From: Tubiluchus corallicola
Taxonomy: Eukaryota; Animalia; Priapulida
Reading direction: 5' to 3'
DNA: 64,000 nucleotides
Assembly: GCA_030141605.1 (NCBI GenBank)
Contig: JAQGDQ010000602.1
Location: 62,001-126,000, forward strand
Shown here: in pieces, positions 1-11,468 of the stretch
How positions within the stretch are numbered: position 1 is the first letter of the stretch
Layout: each line of letters begins with the position of its first letter
Notes under the pieces: generated by a model
Told to the model about the DNA's origin: nothing
Seen by the model: the letters and a program-made list of their open reading frames with translations, nothing else
Databases searched by the model: none
Position numbers and translations under genes: made by a program

Positions 1-239
1 AGACGTGCAGGCTGTGACGTACAACCCTCATCCACAAGTGCGCGGGCACAGAGCCAAACTCCAATGAAAAGGCGTATTTCCATTTTAAATTACGAAAACG
101 TCTTTGCTATGTAATGAAAACCAAAAAAAACCCTATGCTAAATTACGAAAATCTTGATCACACTTTGTATGCTCTCTCACGAATGCGTGATTAAACTTCA
201 CAACTCGTAAGTGCAAAAGAAAAACGGAAAAAAACTTAC

Positions 240-2077
240 GTTTTCCATACACAGTAACTGCATGCTTAAAGTATGTTTCGTGGTTGCTGTAGTGAACAGT
301 ATAGTGCTCAGTTTTTCCATCGCGAGTGCGAGATCGACTCTCTGACCAACTTACATTTGCCGATCCTTCAAATTTCACTCGAATACCTATACATTAGAAT
401 GTCATGCAAGTACTAAAATAAGTGATAAAGATATAGAGTTCAAAATTAAGTTACGTAAATAATTGTAAAATATTTGATTGTCTGCAGACATTTGTAACTG
501 AATTTAAACGCTTTAAATAATGATAATTGAAACTATTTTATGTATGTAGCGAAGATTCATGTTTAGTGATATTTTTACAGGCTAATCATATAACTATGTA
601 CCATTAAGTTTTTATTTTATTTTTACTCACATAATGTAACTAATAATTCTGCAAATATTGTGTTTATATCAATTTACTAACAGTTATTGAATTTACTAAG
701 CGAGGCGTGCGCGGGTATAAGTTGTTAAAACTTTCTGGCATAAATCGCATAATAAAATTATGTTCAAATTAAAATTAAGAGATAAATATTTGAAAATTTT
801 TGCATTGTAATTGAAATTTGAACAAAACCGATAAACTGGTGATAAACACCAGTTTTATATGAAATGCTATTTGCATCATTATGTACCCTCCTAGCGGATG
901 TTATACTGTTTGCGCTGAATCATTTTGTGTTTGCAATTCCAATTTCCTATTCATAGTTGGCAATTTGCCAAAAAATGAGCAAATTTGCTTGCAACAATTG
1001 TACAGTTCATTTTAGAAACCAAAGACCTTGTCTAGCAAAGAGGTATTTGCAACTAAAATCTTGGCATGTGAATGTAATTTACAGTGCATTTTCAGTAATT
1101 GGAAAGCGAATTTAACAGGAATTCAAATCTACGTTGTTTGACCAAAAGTGGTTAAAAATGTAAAAGTTGGACGTGAAGTGTGAATCATTCTTGCATTGAT
1201 TGAAAATTGATTGAAAATTTACTGGTAAGCTGCTCTGCAGGCCAACTGGGCCTATTCATTGAAGAGATTCAAAAATCGACTTCCGCCTCCTGAACCAAGT
1301 CTTGAAATTGAAAGTGTGCACGAGGGAGTGACACAGCAGGGTTGCTATTACTCCAGAGTCTCCTGAAATTCAGCCATATATCCATAGTTCGCTTGGACTT
1401 TTGGAAAATTCCAAAATTTACAGGTTTTTACCATCGAGTAGAAGTTTAAGTGAAAAATACAAATATGCATGTTCATGCTATTGTAACTTTGCACAAGGTT
1501 AAGTTAAAAATGGCAGAATCTCTGTTAAGAAAACAGCAAACTTATTAAATTAAGTTTAATTCTGCTATAAAGTTTCATCTTTTCACCCCGCCTACACTTT
1601 TTGCCAATTTTAGTTGCAGTAGCAAGTGTAGTGCAAGTAATCTTCGGTGATTTGCAGACTTTGCTTGAGCTTATTTGAGTGCACAAGGGTTACAGGTCTC
1701 AGTAACAGAAAATTCAAGAAAGTTTTACACTTTTAAGAGTCTGAAATCAAGATTTTCATTTCCAAAACAGACCTCGTAAAATGTCTGAAATACAGGAAAT
1801 GCGTCACTGTGCGGTGCTCCGTGGAATAGCCCACTTTTGGAAGCTTACAGTGCTGCCAGCAGAAGCCCTGGCTGCTTCTTTATTCTTGGTATTGATTTGT
1901 GAAAAGATGGCAACCCTATGACACAGAGATATTGTATCCCTACTACTTACCTCTCATTTTCATTGGTTCACTGAGTTCCACCACCATTTGCCCGGATATT
2001 GTCTGCCCGGCATAAAACACCGGGGCCGGCTGAGCACAGTTTAAGAAATGAATTTCCAACTTTGTAAGCTTTCCCAT
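240..2077 (-). CDS. Alpha-arrestin (ARRDC-family) paralog A, coding exons 1-2; gene continues beyond the left edge
   Basis: Exon 1 2077-1951 (ATG; MGKLTKLEIHFLNCAQPAPVFYAGQTISGQMVVELSEPMKMR, donor G|gtaagt). Exon 2 386-240 (tag|GT; GIRVKFEGSANVSWSESRSRTRDGKTEHYTVHYSNHETYFKHAVTVYGK, donor C|gtaagt). Typical Arrestin_N start; exon 1 length (127 nt) and phases equal those of the paralog at 11469. Confidence 0.92.
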
Positions 2078-2258
2078 ATTGCTGTTGTGAGCAGTAGTCG
2101 AAAAAGTGTTAAATGGTTCTCTTTTCTAATTCTGACTATAAAAACCAAAATCACAATGATATAATTTCATATCATATTTTACCTTTTAAAATTCATTCCA
2201 ATTTCTTAATGTGCATTACCAACCTCACTAAAAATTAGTTTATATAAGAAAAAAGTCA

Positions 2259-3771
2259 GAAAAAGTTTTCCTGAAATATGAGCCAAATGCTTCTAATGAG
2301 GAAAAGTTTTCCTGAAATATGAACCAAAGGCTTTTAATGAGGAAAAGTTTTCCTGAAATATGAACCAAATGCTTCTAATGAAGAAAAGTTTTTCTGAAAT
2401 ATGAACTAAATACTTCTAATGAGGAAAAGTTTTCCTGAAATTTGAACCAAATGCTTCTAATGAGGAAAAGTTTTCCTGAAATGTGAACTAAATGCTTCTA
2501 ATGAAGAAAAGTTTTCCTGAAATATGAACCAAATAGTTCTAATGAGGAAAAGTTTTCCTGAAATTTGAACAAAATGCTTCTAATGAGGAAAAGTTTTCCT
2601 GAAATATGAACCAAATGCTTTTAATGAAGAAAAGTCTTCCTGAAATGTGAACCAAATGCTTCTAATGAGGAAAAGGTTTCCTGAAATATGAACCAAATAC
2701 TTCTAATGAAGAAAAGTTTTTCTGAAATATGAACCAAATGCTTCTAATGAAGAAAAGTTTTTCTGAAATATGAACCAAATGCTTCTAATGAGGAAAAGTT
2801 TTCCTGAAATTTGAACCAAAGGCTTCTAATGAGGAAAAGTTTTCCTGAAATATGAGCCAAATGCTTCTAATGAGGAAAAGTTTTCCTGAAATTTGAACCA
2901 AATGCTTCTAATGAGGAAAAGTTTTCCTGAAATGTGAACCAAATGCTTCTAATGAGGAAAAGTTTTCCTGAAATGTGAACTAAATACTTCTAATGAGGAA
3001 AAGTTTTCCTGAAATTTGAACAAAATGCTTCTAATGAGGAAAAGTTTTCCTGAAATATGAACCAAATGCTTTTAATGAAGAAAAGTCTTCCTGAAATGTG
3101 AACTAAATACTTTTAATGAGGAAAAGTTTTCCTGAAATATGAACCAAATGCTTCTGATGAAGAAAAGTTTTCCTGAAATATGAACCAAATACTTCTAATG
3201 AGGAAAAGTTTTCCTGAATTGTGAACCAAATACTTCTAATGAGGAAAAGGTTTCCTGAAATATGAACCAAATACTTCTAATGAGGAAAAGGTTTCCTGAA
3301 CTATGAACCAAATGCTTCTAATGAGGAAAAGTTTTCCTGAAATATGAACCAAATACTTCTAATGAGGAAAAGGTTTCCTGAAATATGAACCAAATACTTC
3401 TAATGAGGAAAAGGTTTCCTGAAATATGAACCAAATACTTCTAATGAGGAAAAGTTTTCCTGAAATGTGAACTAAATACTTCTAATGAGGAAAAGTTTTC
3501 CTGAAATGTGAACTAAATACTTGTAATGAGGAAAAGTTTTCCTGAAATTTGAACCAAATAGTTCTAATGAGGAAAAGGTTTCCTGAAATGTGAACCAAAT
3601 ACTTCTAATGAGGAAAAGTTTTCCTGAAATATGAACCAAATGCTTCTGATGAAGAAAAGTTTTCCTGAAATATGAACCAAATACTTCTAATGAGGAAAAG
3701 TTTTCCTGAAATGTGAACCAAATACTTCTAATGAGGAAAAGGTTTCCTGAAATATGAACCAAATACTTCTA
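2259..3771. repeat. 41-bp minisatellite, ~37 copies
   Basis: Unit GAGGAAAAGTTTTCCTGAAATATGAACCAAATGCTTCTAAT repeated head-to-tail; contains the palindrome AGGAAAA-G-TTTTCCT. Confidence 0.97.
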
Positions 3772-3784
3772 GCTTACAATGCAT

Positions 3785-4393
3785 ACATGGCGGCTCATGT
3801 ATAGGTACTGTGATACTGCAGCACCCCTGTTTTCACTTATTTTTATTGATAATATTCAATATAATAAGTCTTTTTTCCTTAGTTCTTTTTTACACTTGTG
3901 CGAAACCAGAGTTCCAGAGCACGTGAGGGAAGCACAATTTGTTTCACAGCCCAAGCAACGGTGGTGTTTGACTGTTATGTGCAAGCGGCTAAGCGCACGT
4001 GTCTGAGACAACGTGCTGTATGCCGATATCTGCTGCTAGATTGAAAAGTACTGCCTCTGTACTTGTTTACCGTGCACCGTCATATTCTTGGATGTGATAA
4101 AGTGTAAACTTAGCGTGTGTGCTCAAAGCATAAATTATTAATAATGGACGCCTCGCATCCCCAAGAAATAAGTTCTGTGACTGTAGGTGAAGTAACAACA
4201 GCTTAATTTTTCACATTTATCTCTCCATAAGAAAGTTGCAGTTAAGAAAAGAGGCCATTCAACACCCAATCTTCAAATATAACTACATTATTAAAATTAC
4301 GTATGTTTGTTACGTTTTACATGGTGTTGAAACAATGGCAAAACATTTTCTGAAGCAGCACACCCACACTAACATTAGCTACAAGCCGCCACT
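3785..4393. mobile_element. Degenerate non-autonomous DNA transposon; related copy at ~63400-64000
   Basis: Ends CATGGCGGCTCATGTA ... TACAAGCCGCCACT are roughly inverted; the 5' part (GCTCATGTATAGGTACTGTG, AATATTCAATATAATA, CCAGAGCAC) recurs at 63401-63540. Confidence 0.55.
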
Positions 4394-4621
4394 ACTCATA
4401 TAAACTAACAAATTAACCGATTATCCATTTCATGATACTAGACTAGAGATGTTCAAAATCTACTGCCAGCCCCCGTGGTTTAAAGTAAGAAACTTGATGA
4501 TAAAAATGCCGAAAAACAATTCACAGCCAATGCCAGTGGCCAGATATTATCTTTATCCTGGTTGTGTTCGACTGACAAAGACCAAATTAGCTGGATAATT
4601 ACGTATAATTACACATAATAT

Positions 4622-5185
4622 TTTCTTCTTCTTCCCAGCTTTTCCCGATGCGGGGTCGCCGTTGTGAATGAGTCTTCTACATTCCTGTTGTTGACCATCT
4701 CTTCATTTATGTTCTCTCTAAGGTCTCCATTAATACATTCAACCCATCTCCGCTTGGGTCGTCCTCTTCTTCTATTTTCCAGCACTTCCATTTCCATGAC
4801 CTCCCTTCCCACATGATCTTCACCCGACTTTTCTATTCAGGTGTCCATACCATCGCAATCTTGAGCGGCTTTCACTACTTTTACTGTTCCTCTGATATTA
4901 TTATTTCTAATTTTATCTCTTCTCGTTATTCCCACCATCCATTTCAACATCCTCGTCTCCACCACATCCACTTTCTTCTCTTCGGTCTTCGTTAGAGAAG
5001 CTGCTTCCAGCCCATAGATTAGAGCGGGTCCGACCACTTCTTTGTGGATATCTCATTCATAGAAGGTTTTGGCACAGTTTTTACAGGCGGATGCCCTTCC
5101 TGACCATAACCCTCCCTATTTATCCGGGCTTGGCACCGGCACTGAGTTGGGCTGGCTTGCTCCACCCCCCTCCCAGTGGCTAGGT
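4622..5185 (-). mobile_element. RTE-clade non-LTR retroelement derivative (5' leader joined to 3' end), flanked by a TSD
   Basis: TSD TATAATTACACATAATAT at 4604-4621 and 5186-5203. Minus-strand ORF pieces ALIYGLEAASLTKTEEKKVDVVETRMLKWMVGITRRDKIRN and RRRGRPKRRWVECI are RTE ORF C-terminal motifs. (GAA)n 3' tail; leader motif GTCAGGAAGGGCATCCG. Confidence 0.88.
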
Positions 5186-5186
5186 T
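5105..5186 (-). ncRNA. Twister ribozyme-like motif at the 5' end of the RTE-derived element
   Basis: Minus strand U^AA-CCUA-GC-CACUG...CAGUG-CCGG-UGCCAAGC-CCGG-AUAAA-UAGG-GAGGG: P2 CCUA/UAGG, P3 CACUG/CAGUG, P4 CCGG/CCGG. Matches the remembered twister core GCCGGUCCCAAGCCCGGAUAAA..GAGGG with one C>G change. Confidence 0.75.
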
Positions 5187-7428
5187 ATAATTACACATAA
5201 TATAATTCTACATAATTATCTAGCTCATATAGACTTTGTCAACCTGGTGCCAAACGTATCGCTCCGCTTTCCTTTGGACTACACCAGGGAGGAAGAGAGG
5301 GGGTTCCTGTTGTCTGGGCAACGTAGGATCTCCTTACACCTTGCCCAGGCGTGCGCTCTGGAGAGGCCACTCAAGTGTCACTGTTCCACTCCAGTGACAG
5401 AAACAACACGGAAGGCAGCAGTTACAAGTTATAAGCCTAGAGCGAATTCGCGTGAGCTCGGGCGCTATCGACTGTCTAACTGCCGTTCGAGGATCGGACT
5501 GCTGAGCCACAGTCGACGCTGCAGCTCCATCAATGTGATCAATAACTGACTCTCTTGGCACACACTCCATTGTCCTCCGAGACAGGATGCCAGCAAGGAT
5601 AGACGCTGTCTGTTAGACACCAAAATTTTGGCTCATTTGCAGTTTAGGGTGATTTTTATATAAAAAACCTGATCTAGAAGTAACGAAAGCCCTAACATAA
5701 CGAGGCTACCACATGTCCCCAAAGCACGAAAACTGCAGTCAAATCTATCCTAAATATTGCTGCACTTTATAACGGAATTTGACAAAACTTGAAATACTTG
5801 TATGTAATTTGCTTAATTCTTTTTTGTTAAATAGAGATAAAGTTTATAGAGATATATACATCTTTATGAGATAAAGATCATAGCTGCTCTTTGTTGTTTG
5901 TCATTATGTTTATTATCAAAAAATGTTAAAAAAATGGACAACATGAGTTAAAATTATAAAACTTATTGTTTTCGCAATAGCAGCAGTAGTACATGATAAT
6001 AAAATGTCAAATTTTATTATATTAGCAGTTACACAAAAGAATATTATTTAGCAAAAACTGTAAGTGGAACACTAGTGCTTGCTTGACATTTTGGCGAATG
6101 TCGCGCCTTGTACCATATCGCAACGTGCTACGGCACTGTGTACTGCAAACAGCAGGGTAGATGTTACATGGCGTGGAGGTCTGTCATGGTGCTGCACTAC
6201 ACAGAAAGGCACTAACATGGTGCAAGCCGAGGCAGTAGGCGGGGATGTCGAGCATGTGCTCACATCCCTTGTTGATTTGCCAAGTTCTTTTTGTAGTATG
6301 CGTATTTATGTGGGTGGAGCTGTAGTGTAGCGTTTATGTGGAGAAAAATTTTTTAAGCAGGTGGACTCTATAGTCGATTCGCCAAAACAGAAAACTGCCA
6401 TGGCAGCAAAACGCTGAGGACTTTCGGACGAAAGTTGAAATGTGGAAAAAAATCTGTCTATTGCAGCTACTAGCTAACACAACAATCGAGTGATTACATT
6501 GTTTTGTTTGTTTACTTGTTGCGAGGTTGAACGATTGTCTTACCTTTGCATATGCACACTCTGAGGTACATAGCAAAGTGGTATGTAATGCGCAGTATAC
6601 CTCTGCAGTACATGGCAGAGTAATATGTAGTGAGGCAGAATATCGTTCTGCGGTACATGGCGGTTTAATGCGCAAGAAGGTAGTGCACACAGTGCTGTGT
6701 TACAATGCAGGGCAATGTAAAAAATACCATAGATATGGTTTGCGTAGATCAAAGATCTTGGTGATTGCTTAGCAGTGTTCTGCATTCTAGACTGTCTTGC
6801 TGTTCTGATCTTCTTTGTTTAAGTTCCTAATTAGTTTAATAAATACTACTTTATTATGCACGCGTTCGTCTGGTTGCTAATATTATTGTAGCGTGTAACA
6901 GGCAAGGCGGTACATAATGGTGGAAACACTGTGAGCTGATGAAGCACTTATGAGTTTATTTTATGAATTTTCTAAACTCTTTTCAGTAACAGTAAAGCAA
7001 GTGATACTACAGTGTGTAATGAGTTTATTTTATGAATTTATTAAAACTCACTTCAGTAACAGTAAAACATACAGCAGCTGTAGAAAAAATACAAAGTTCT
7101 TTAAGGACAAACTTACAACTCTGAGCTAAAGAAGCATTACGAAGAATTTAACAGAGATAAGTAACAACAGACAGAGATGGAAGCTCTACGAGTTGAAAGT
7201 TTTTCTTTACTGGATCAACTCCAAACTCGTTGACCAAGCCGATGCATCTCATATTCGCTGATACAAGAGAAGTTGTAGCTTTTCTCAGATATCTATGCGT
7301 TATTTAGAAAGCAGGATGTGACAGATTTAGAATGTATGCCAGGCAAAGCACATTTGCCGGGTTTAAAGGCCTTCACAATTTGCTGCACCAGTCTAAAATT
7401 TCATTCAAGTTATGACTTATGTTGTAAA

Positions 7429-10400
7429 CAAGGACTACTATACAACAGGACGTGCACGCTTAGATCTCTGATTCGGCTAGCGGAGGCGATCAATACTTGT
7501 ATGAACGTAATCTATAAATAGTGCGCTTTAGAGAGTAGTGATCTTGGAAATTAAAGAATGGGTGGATCGGTAGATAGCGAGTATTATTTTTCATTTAATT
7601 GGTTCTTTACATTACGGGAGAAAAGTACCAATTGTTTATTTTATGTATCAAAGGAAATTAGTGTTCATTTTTACTTCTTAAATAGCGCACTACTTTAGGC
7701 GTAAGTGTGTTTTACCGGAAGTAGTGCTTTGTCATTGTTAATGTGTCATTGTTCAAAGTCAAGTGAAGCGTTGTTTTCGTGCTTGCGTTTGTTTCTTTGT
7801 GGATTATTTTCAAAATTTCTCGTGGATTTTATACATCTGTGCTCAGCAGCATGTCTAACAAGTGTGGTGTTGTGAAATGCAAAGGTAACTATGACACGGA
7901 GAACAAGTGTCGTGTGTTCAGACTGCCAAGAGATCATGTAGAAAAACAGAAATGGCTAAGTGTTCTTCCCCCACGCGAAGGCTTTGTTGTTGATCCAACG
8001 AAATTTTTCATTTGCGAAAAGCATTGGCCATCGGATACTCAAATGGTCCAAATTCCAGGTGGTCACACCAGGCCAGTGGATCCACCCAGTACTTTCAACG
8101 TTCCAACATCATGCTTTCCCACTCCAAAGCCACCACCTCGCCCTCCAAAAACTGAGGACCAGCAGCTGAATTATTTCTTTAAAAAGGATAAAATAACTTC
8201 TCTCAATGAATTCACTCCTGAGAAAGAGCTGCATAAGACGTATCAGAACCTCATTATATCTCGCACACAAGACAAATTTGTGTGCATGTTCATGGAAGAG
8301 GACCACAGTCAATGTTATATGTCAATTATTGTTCACAATAAGCCTACCTTGTGTTCCCCTCTTACTCTGTATGCTTTCAAAAACGGGATCAGTGTGCCAT
8401 TAAGTAAAATCCTCAGTCCAAACAATGGGCTGCCCTCTTACTCACAATTTTTTGCGGTTGTGAATTCTGTTGTCAACCACATTCATCATGTTGATGATAT
8501 TGTCAACAAAGTGACAAAGTCTCTTGAACTTGAACTAGCTCAAAATCGAGAACAATCTCCTAGTGTTAATGCTAAAGCCAAGAAGCTCAAATTTCTAACA
8601 CGACAGCTTCGACTATTATGTGATAAGACTTTCACAGTGTCTAATTATTGCTTTGCAAGGTGCTAGGTAAAACATTTCAGAAAGTGAAAAGCTCTGAGCA
8701 GAAACACTGTATGCTATTGGTGGATGAAGTGAAAATACGCCCAACAGTGGCTTTTTCAGGGGGTGTGCTAAATGGCATGGCAAAAAATGAGCCAGACAGT
8801 AAAGCTACATCAATGCTATGTGTGATGGCTAAATGTCTACATGGTGGCCCCAGCGTGATGATATCAGTGACCCCCGTTCACAAGCTGACTGCTGCATATC
8901 AATTCTCTGTCGTGAAGGAGGCTGCTACAGTGGTTGAGAATTCGGGAGGAACTGTTTTAGGGTCCATGACGGACAACCACAAGATCAACCAACAATACTG
9001 CAAATTGTTTACCAGACGAACAGACTGGGAGGCTGAACACCCCTGGAAAATACACGAGTGTGGTTCCTGTTGTATGATGCCGTCCACATTCTGAAATGTA
9101 TCAGCAACAACTGGATCACGGAGAAATGTCAGAGATTATCGTTTGACAAGAAAACTGTTGGCTCATTTGCTGAAGTAAAAAGTCTTTACAAAGCTGAGAA
9201 AGACAATGTGCTGAAGTCAACACCTTTGACATATTCTGCAGTCTTCCCATCGAAACTTCAGCTCCAGAATGTGCAACATGTCCTGAGGGTGCTCAACGAT
9301 CGTGTCGTTGCATCGCTGAGACTTCGAGGAGCCCAGGACACTGCAGAATTCATTCAGCAAGTGCTACGCTGGTGGAATGTGGTAAATGTTTCTGCCAGAG
9401 GTCAAGACACGAGGATGAGAGACCCTGATCGATCTGTTCAACAAGATACATCTGATACTCTTCAGTCGTTGTTGACTCTGTTTAAGCAAACCGAATCAGG
9501 ACACGGACCAAATAGAATTGAATGCCTGACACATGATATGCGAAAAGCTTTGATTCAGACCATGGAGGGACTCCTCGCTATCTGTAGGCACTTGTTTTCT
9601 GTTGGATTTCACTACGTATTATTGCGTGAACTTCAGAGTGACAGAATAGAGGGTGAGTTCTCAGTTTACAGGCAGTCAAGGGGGGCCAATGCATTCATGC
9701 AAGCTGGAGATGTCTGTTCAGCACTCAAGCGGAGACTGGTGCGTTTTTCTGCATCATTCCTGGAGTTTGTGGACACAGACACATCATCCGAAATCCAGTT
9801 GCACACATGCAATGGGATTGATTTCGAGGATGCCAAAATTATGGAGATTTGTGTTGACGAGACTCTTTCCAAAACTGAACTGAACGCGTGTGCATATGTC
9901 GCAGGTTAGTTGGAGAGTAAGTGCCAAAATGACATTTCTTTTCCCGAGGATGAGCCTCTCCTTTCTGAGGAAATGAAAATGTTCATTGAAGAAGTGTCTA
10001 GGGGAGGTCTTACAGTGCCCCACACATTCACGTTCGAATTCGTAGCAACTGGCTTGTGTTTTGTGAAGAAGTCAACTCACACAGTCTGCTGCTGCAACAA
10101 GCTCATGAACATCCTCTCCATAATCAATGCCTACTTTGATTTTGGAGAATTTTCAAGAAATGCTCTGAGACGCCTGGCGAATGTACTGCTGCATGGACTA
10201 CACAATTTGGAGAAGGATCACCAGCAGAACTCAGCCCTTTACCAGACCTCCATTAAGAAGGCGCGACTAGCCGACTAATTGTCGCAAATATCTCTGCAAA
10301 ATGGTGAGTGCAATAATTTCATGTATTCTAATTTACACAGAGGAACCTATGAATGAGTTTATATAGTCCTGACAAAATGGTGCAGTCTGTTTATTCTCTA

Positions 10401-10674
10401 TAGAAAGTGACAGGTAATCATCGGGACACAATGAGTTGCAGATATGGTGTGTGTTTTTTTTGGGGGGGGGGGGGGGGATATCATAGGTACCACTGTTTTT
10501 AAATTACTAGATGAATGAGAAATATGTTCTATGTCACGTGTATTGTGGCATGCTATATGTCACCATGGGGGGTAAATATGTCCAAATTATTAGCACTAAA
10601 TGTTAAAAATAGATCGCCTCCGCTAGCCGAATCAGAGATCTGACCGTGCACGTCCTGTTGTATAGTAGTCCTTG
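7429..10674 (+). mobile_element. P-superfamily (THAP-transposase) DNA transposon with both termini intact, 3246 bp
   Basis: 63-bp TIRs 7429-7491 and 10612-10674 (CAAGGACTACTATACAACAGGACGTGCACG..., 2 mismatches), CA...TG termini, exact 8-bp TSD GTTGTAAA at 7421-7428 and 10675-10682. Confidence 0.96.
7851..10278 (+). pseudogene. Disabled P-element/THAP9-like transposase
   Basis: THAP C2CH finger (KCGVVKC...FRLP...KWL...ICEKHW); catalytic motifs LLVDEVK, MTDNH, YDAVHILKC..NN, LQSDRIEGEFSVYRQ. Broken by a frameshift at ~8655, a frameshift at ~9045 and an in-frame TAG at 9907-9909 (YVAG*LE, likely from TGG); ends TAA 10278. Confidence 0.92.
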
Positions 10675-11468
10675 GTTGTAAAATATAATTAATGGTCAAG
10701 ATCGTCCCAAATTTGACGAAAGGTGTTTACCTGTCTGGAGGGCAGATTTACATTTCTAGGAAAACTCTACTACATCTGTTGTAAACAATGATGCATCAAC
10801 ATTTATTAGAGTTCTACTCACTCCTATCTGCAGCGAACAGCATAAATTCATCTACTCCTAACACTCGATAGGGTTAAAGTTGTTGACCAAGGCAATCTTC
10901 GTAAAGCTTTATGAAATTCAAGAAAAACATCTCTAGATAGCCCATATTGCCTGTTGCAGAGGCGGCAGAAACGTGAAAACATATAAACTATATGCAAACA
11001 CTTCAAAACAGGAACTGAAACTGGAACAGGATGTAGGTAGGTAATTGTCCATAGGTGATAATCATTATAACTTTGGTTATGTAGCTAAGTGTCTAGTGAT
11101 TTCAAATACTTACATTTGTGCTGTAGCCTGGGTATAAAAGAACTTAGATAGTTGGGCGAGGTTAGCACTTCAGATTCAGTGATAATTAAAGATTCTACAA
11201 TTTCTAATGCATCCATTATTTGATATGTATGTATTGTGTCACGTGTTTTGCCAGTGTACAGAAGCCTACAAAAATTATGAAATATAATACGCCGAGCTTA
11301 GTGAGAGCAGTTTTCATAAGCCCATGCAAAATGTAGCAAACACTTACAGTACTGAAGGCGTTTAAAATTGGTTTATAAATTAGAATAGCTTTTTCTGTCT
11401 TGACCACCAATTGACTGTTTTTCAGGAAACACCTTTGCTTTACAAGTTGCTAATGCCCGGCTATAACA

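Noticed and set aside
5230-6790. GC-richer short ORFs (5247-5549, 6079-6330, 6334-6690 and others)
   Set aside because: No recognisable domains or coherent splice chain; probably old repeat remnants that I cannot classify.
8640-9060. Programmed frameshifts or introns restoring the transposase
   Set aside because: No slippery heptamer or fitting GT-AG intron at the breaks, plus an independent in-frame stop at 9907; decay is the simpler explanation.
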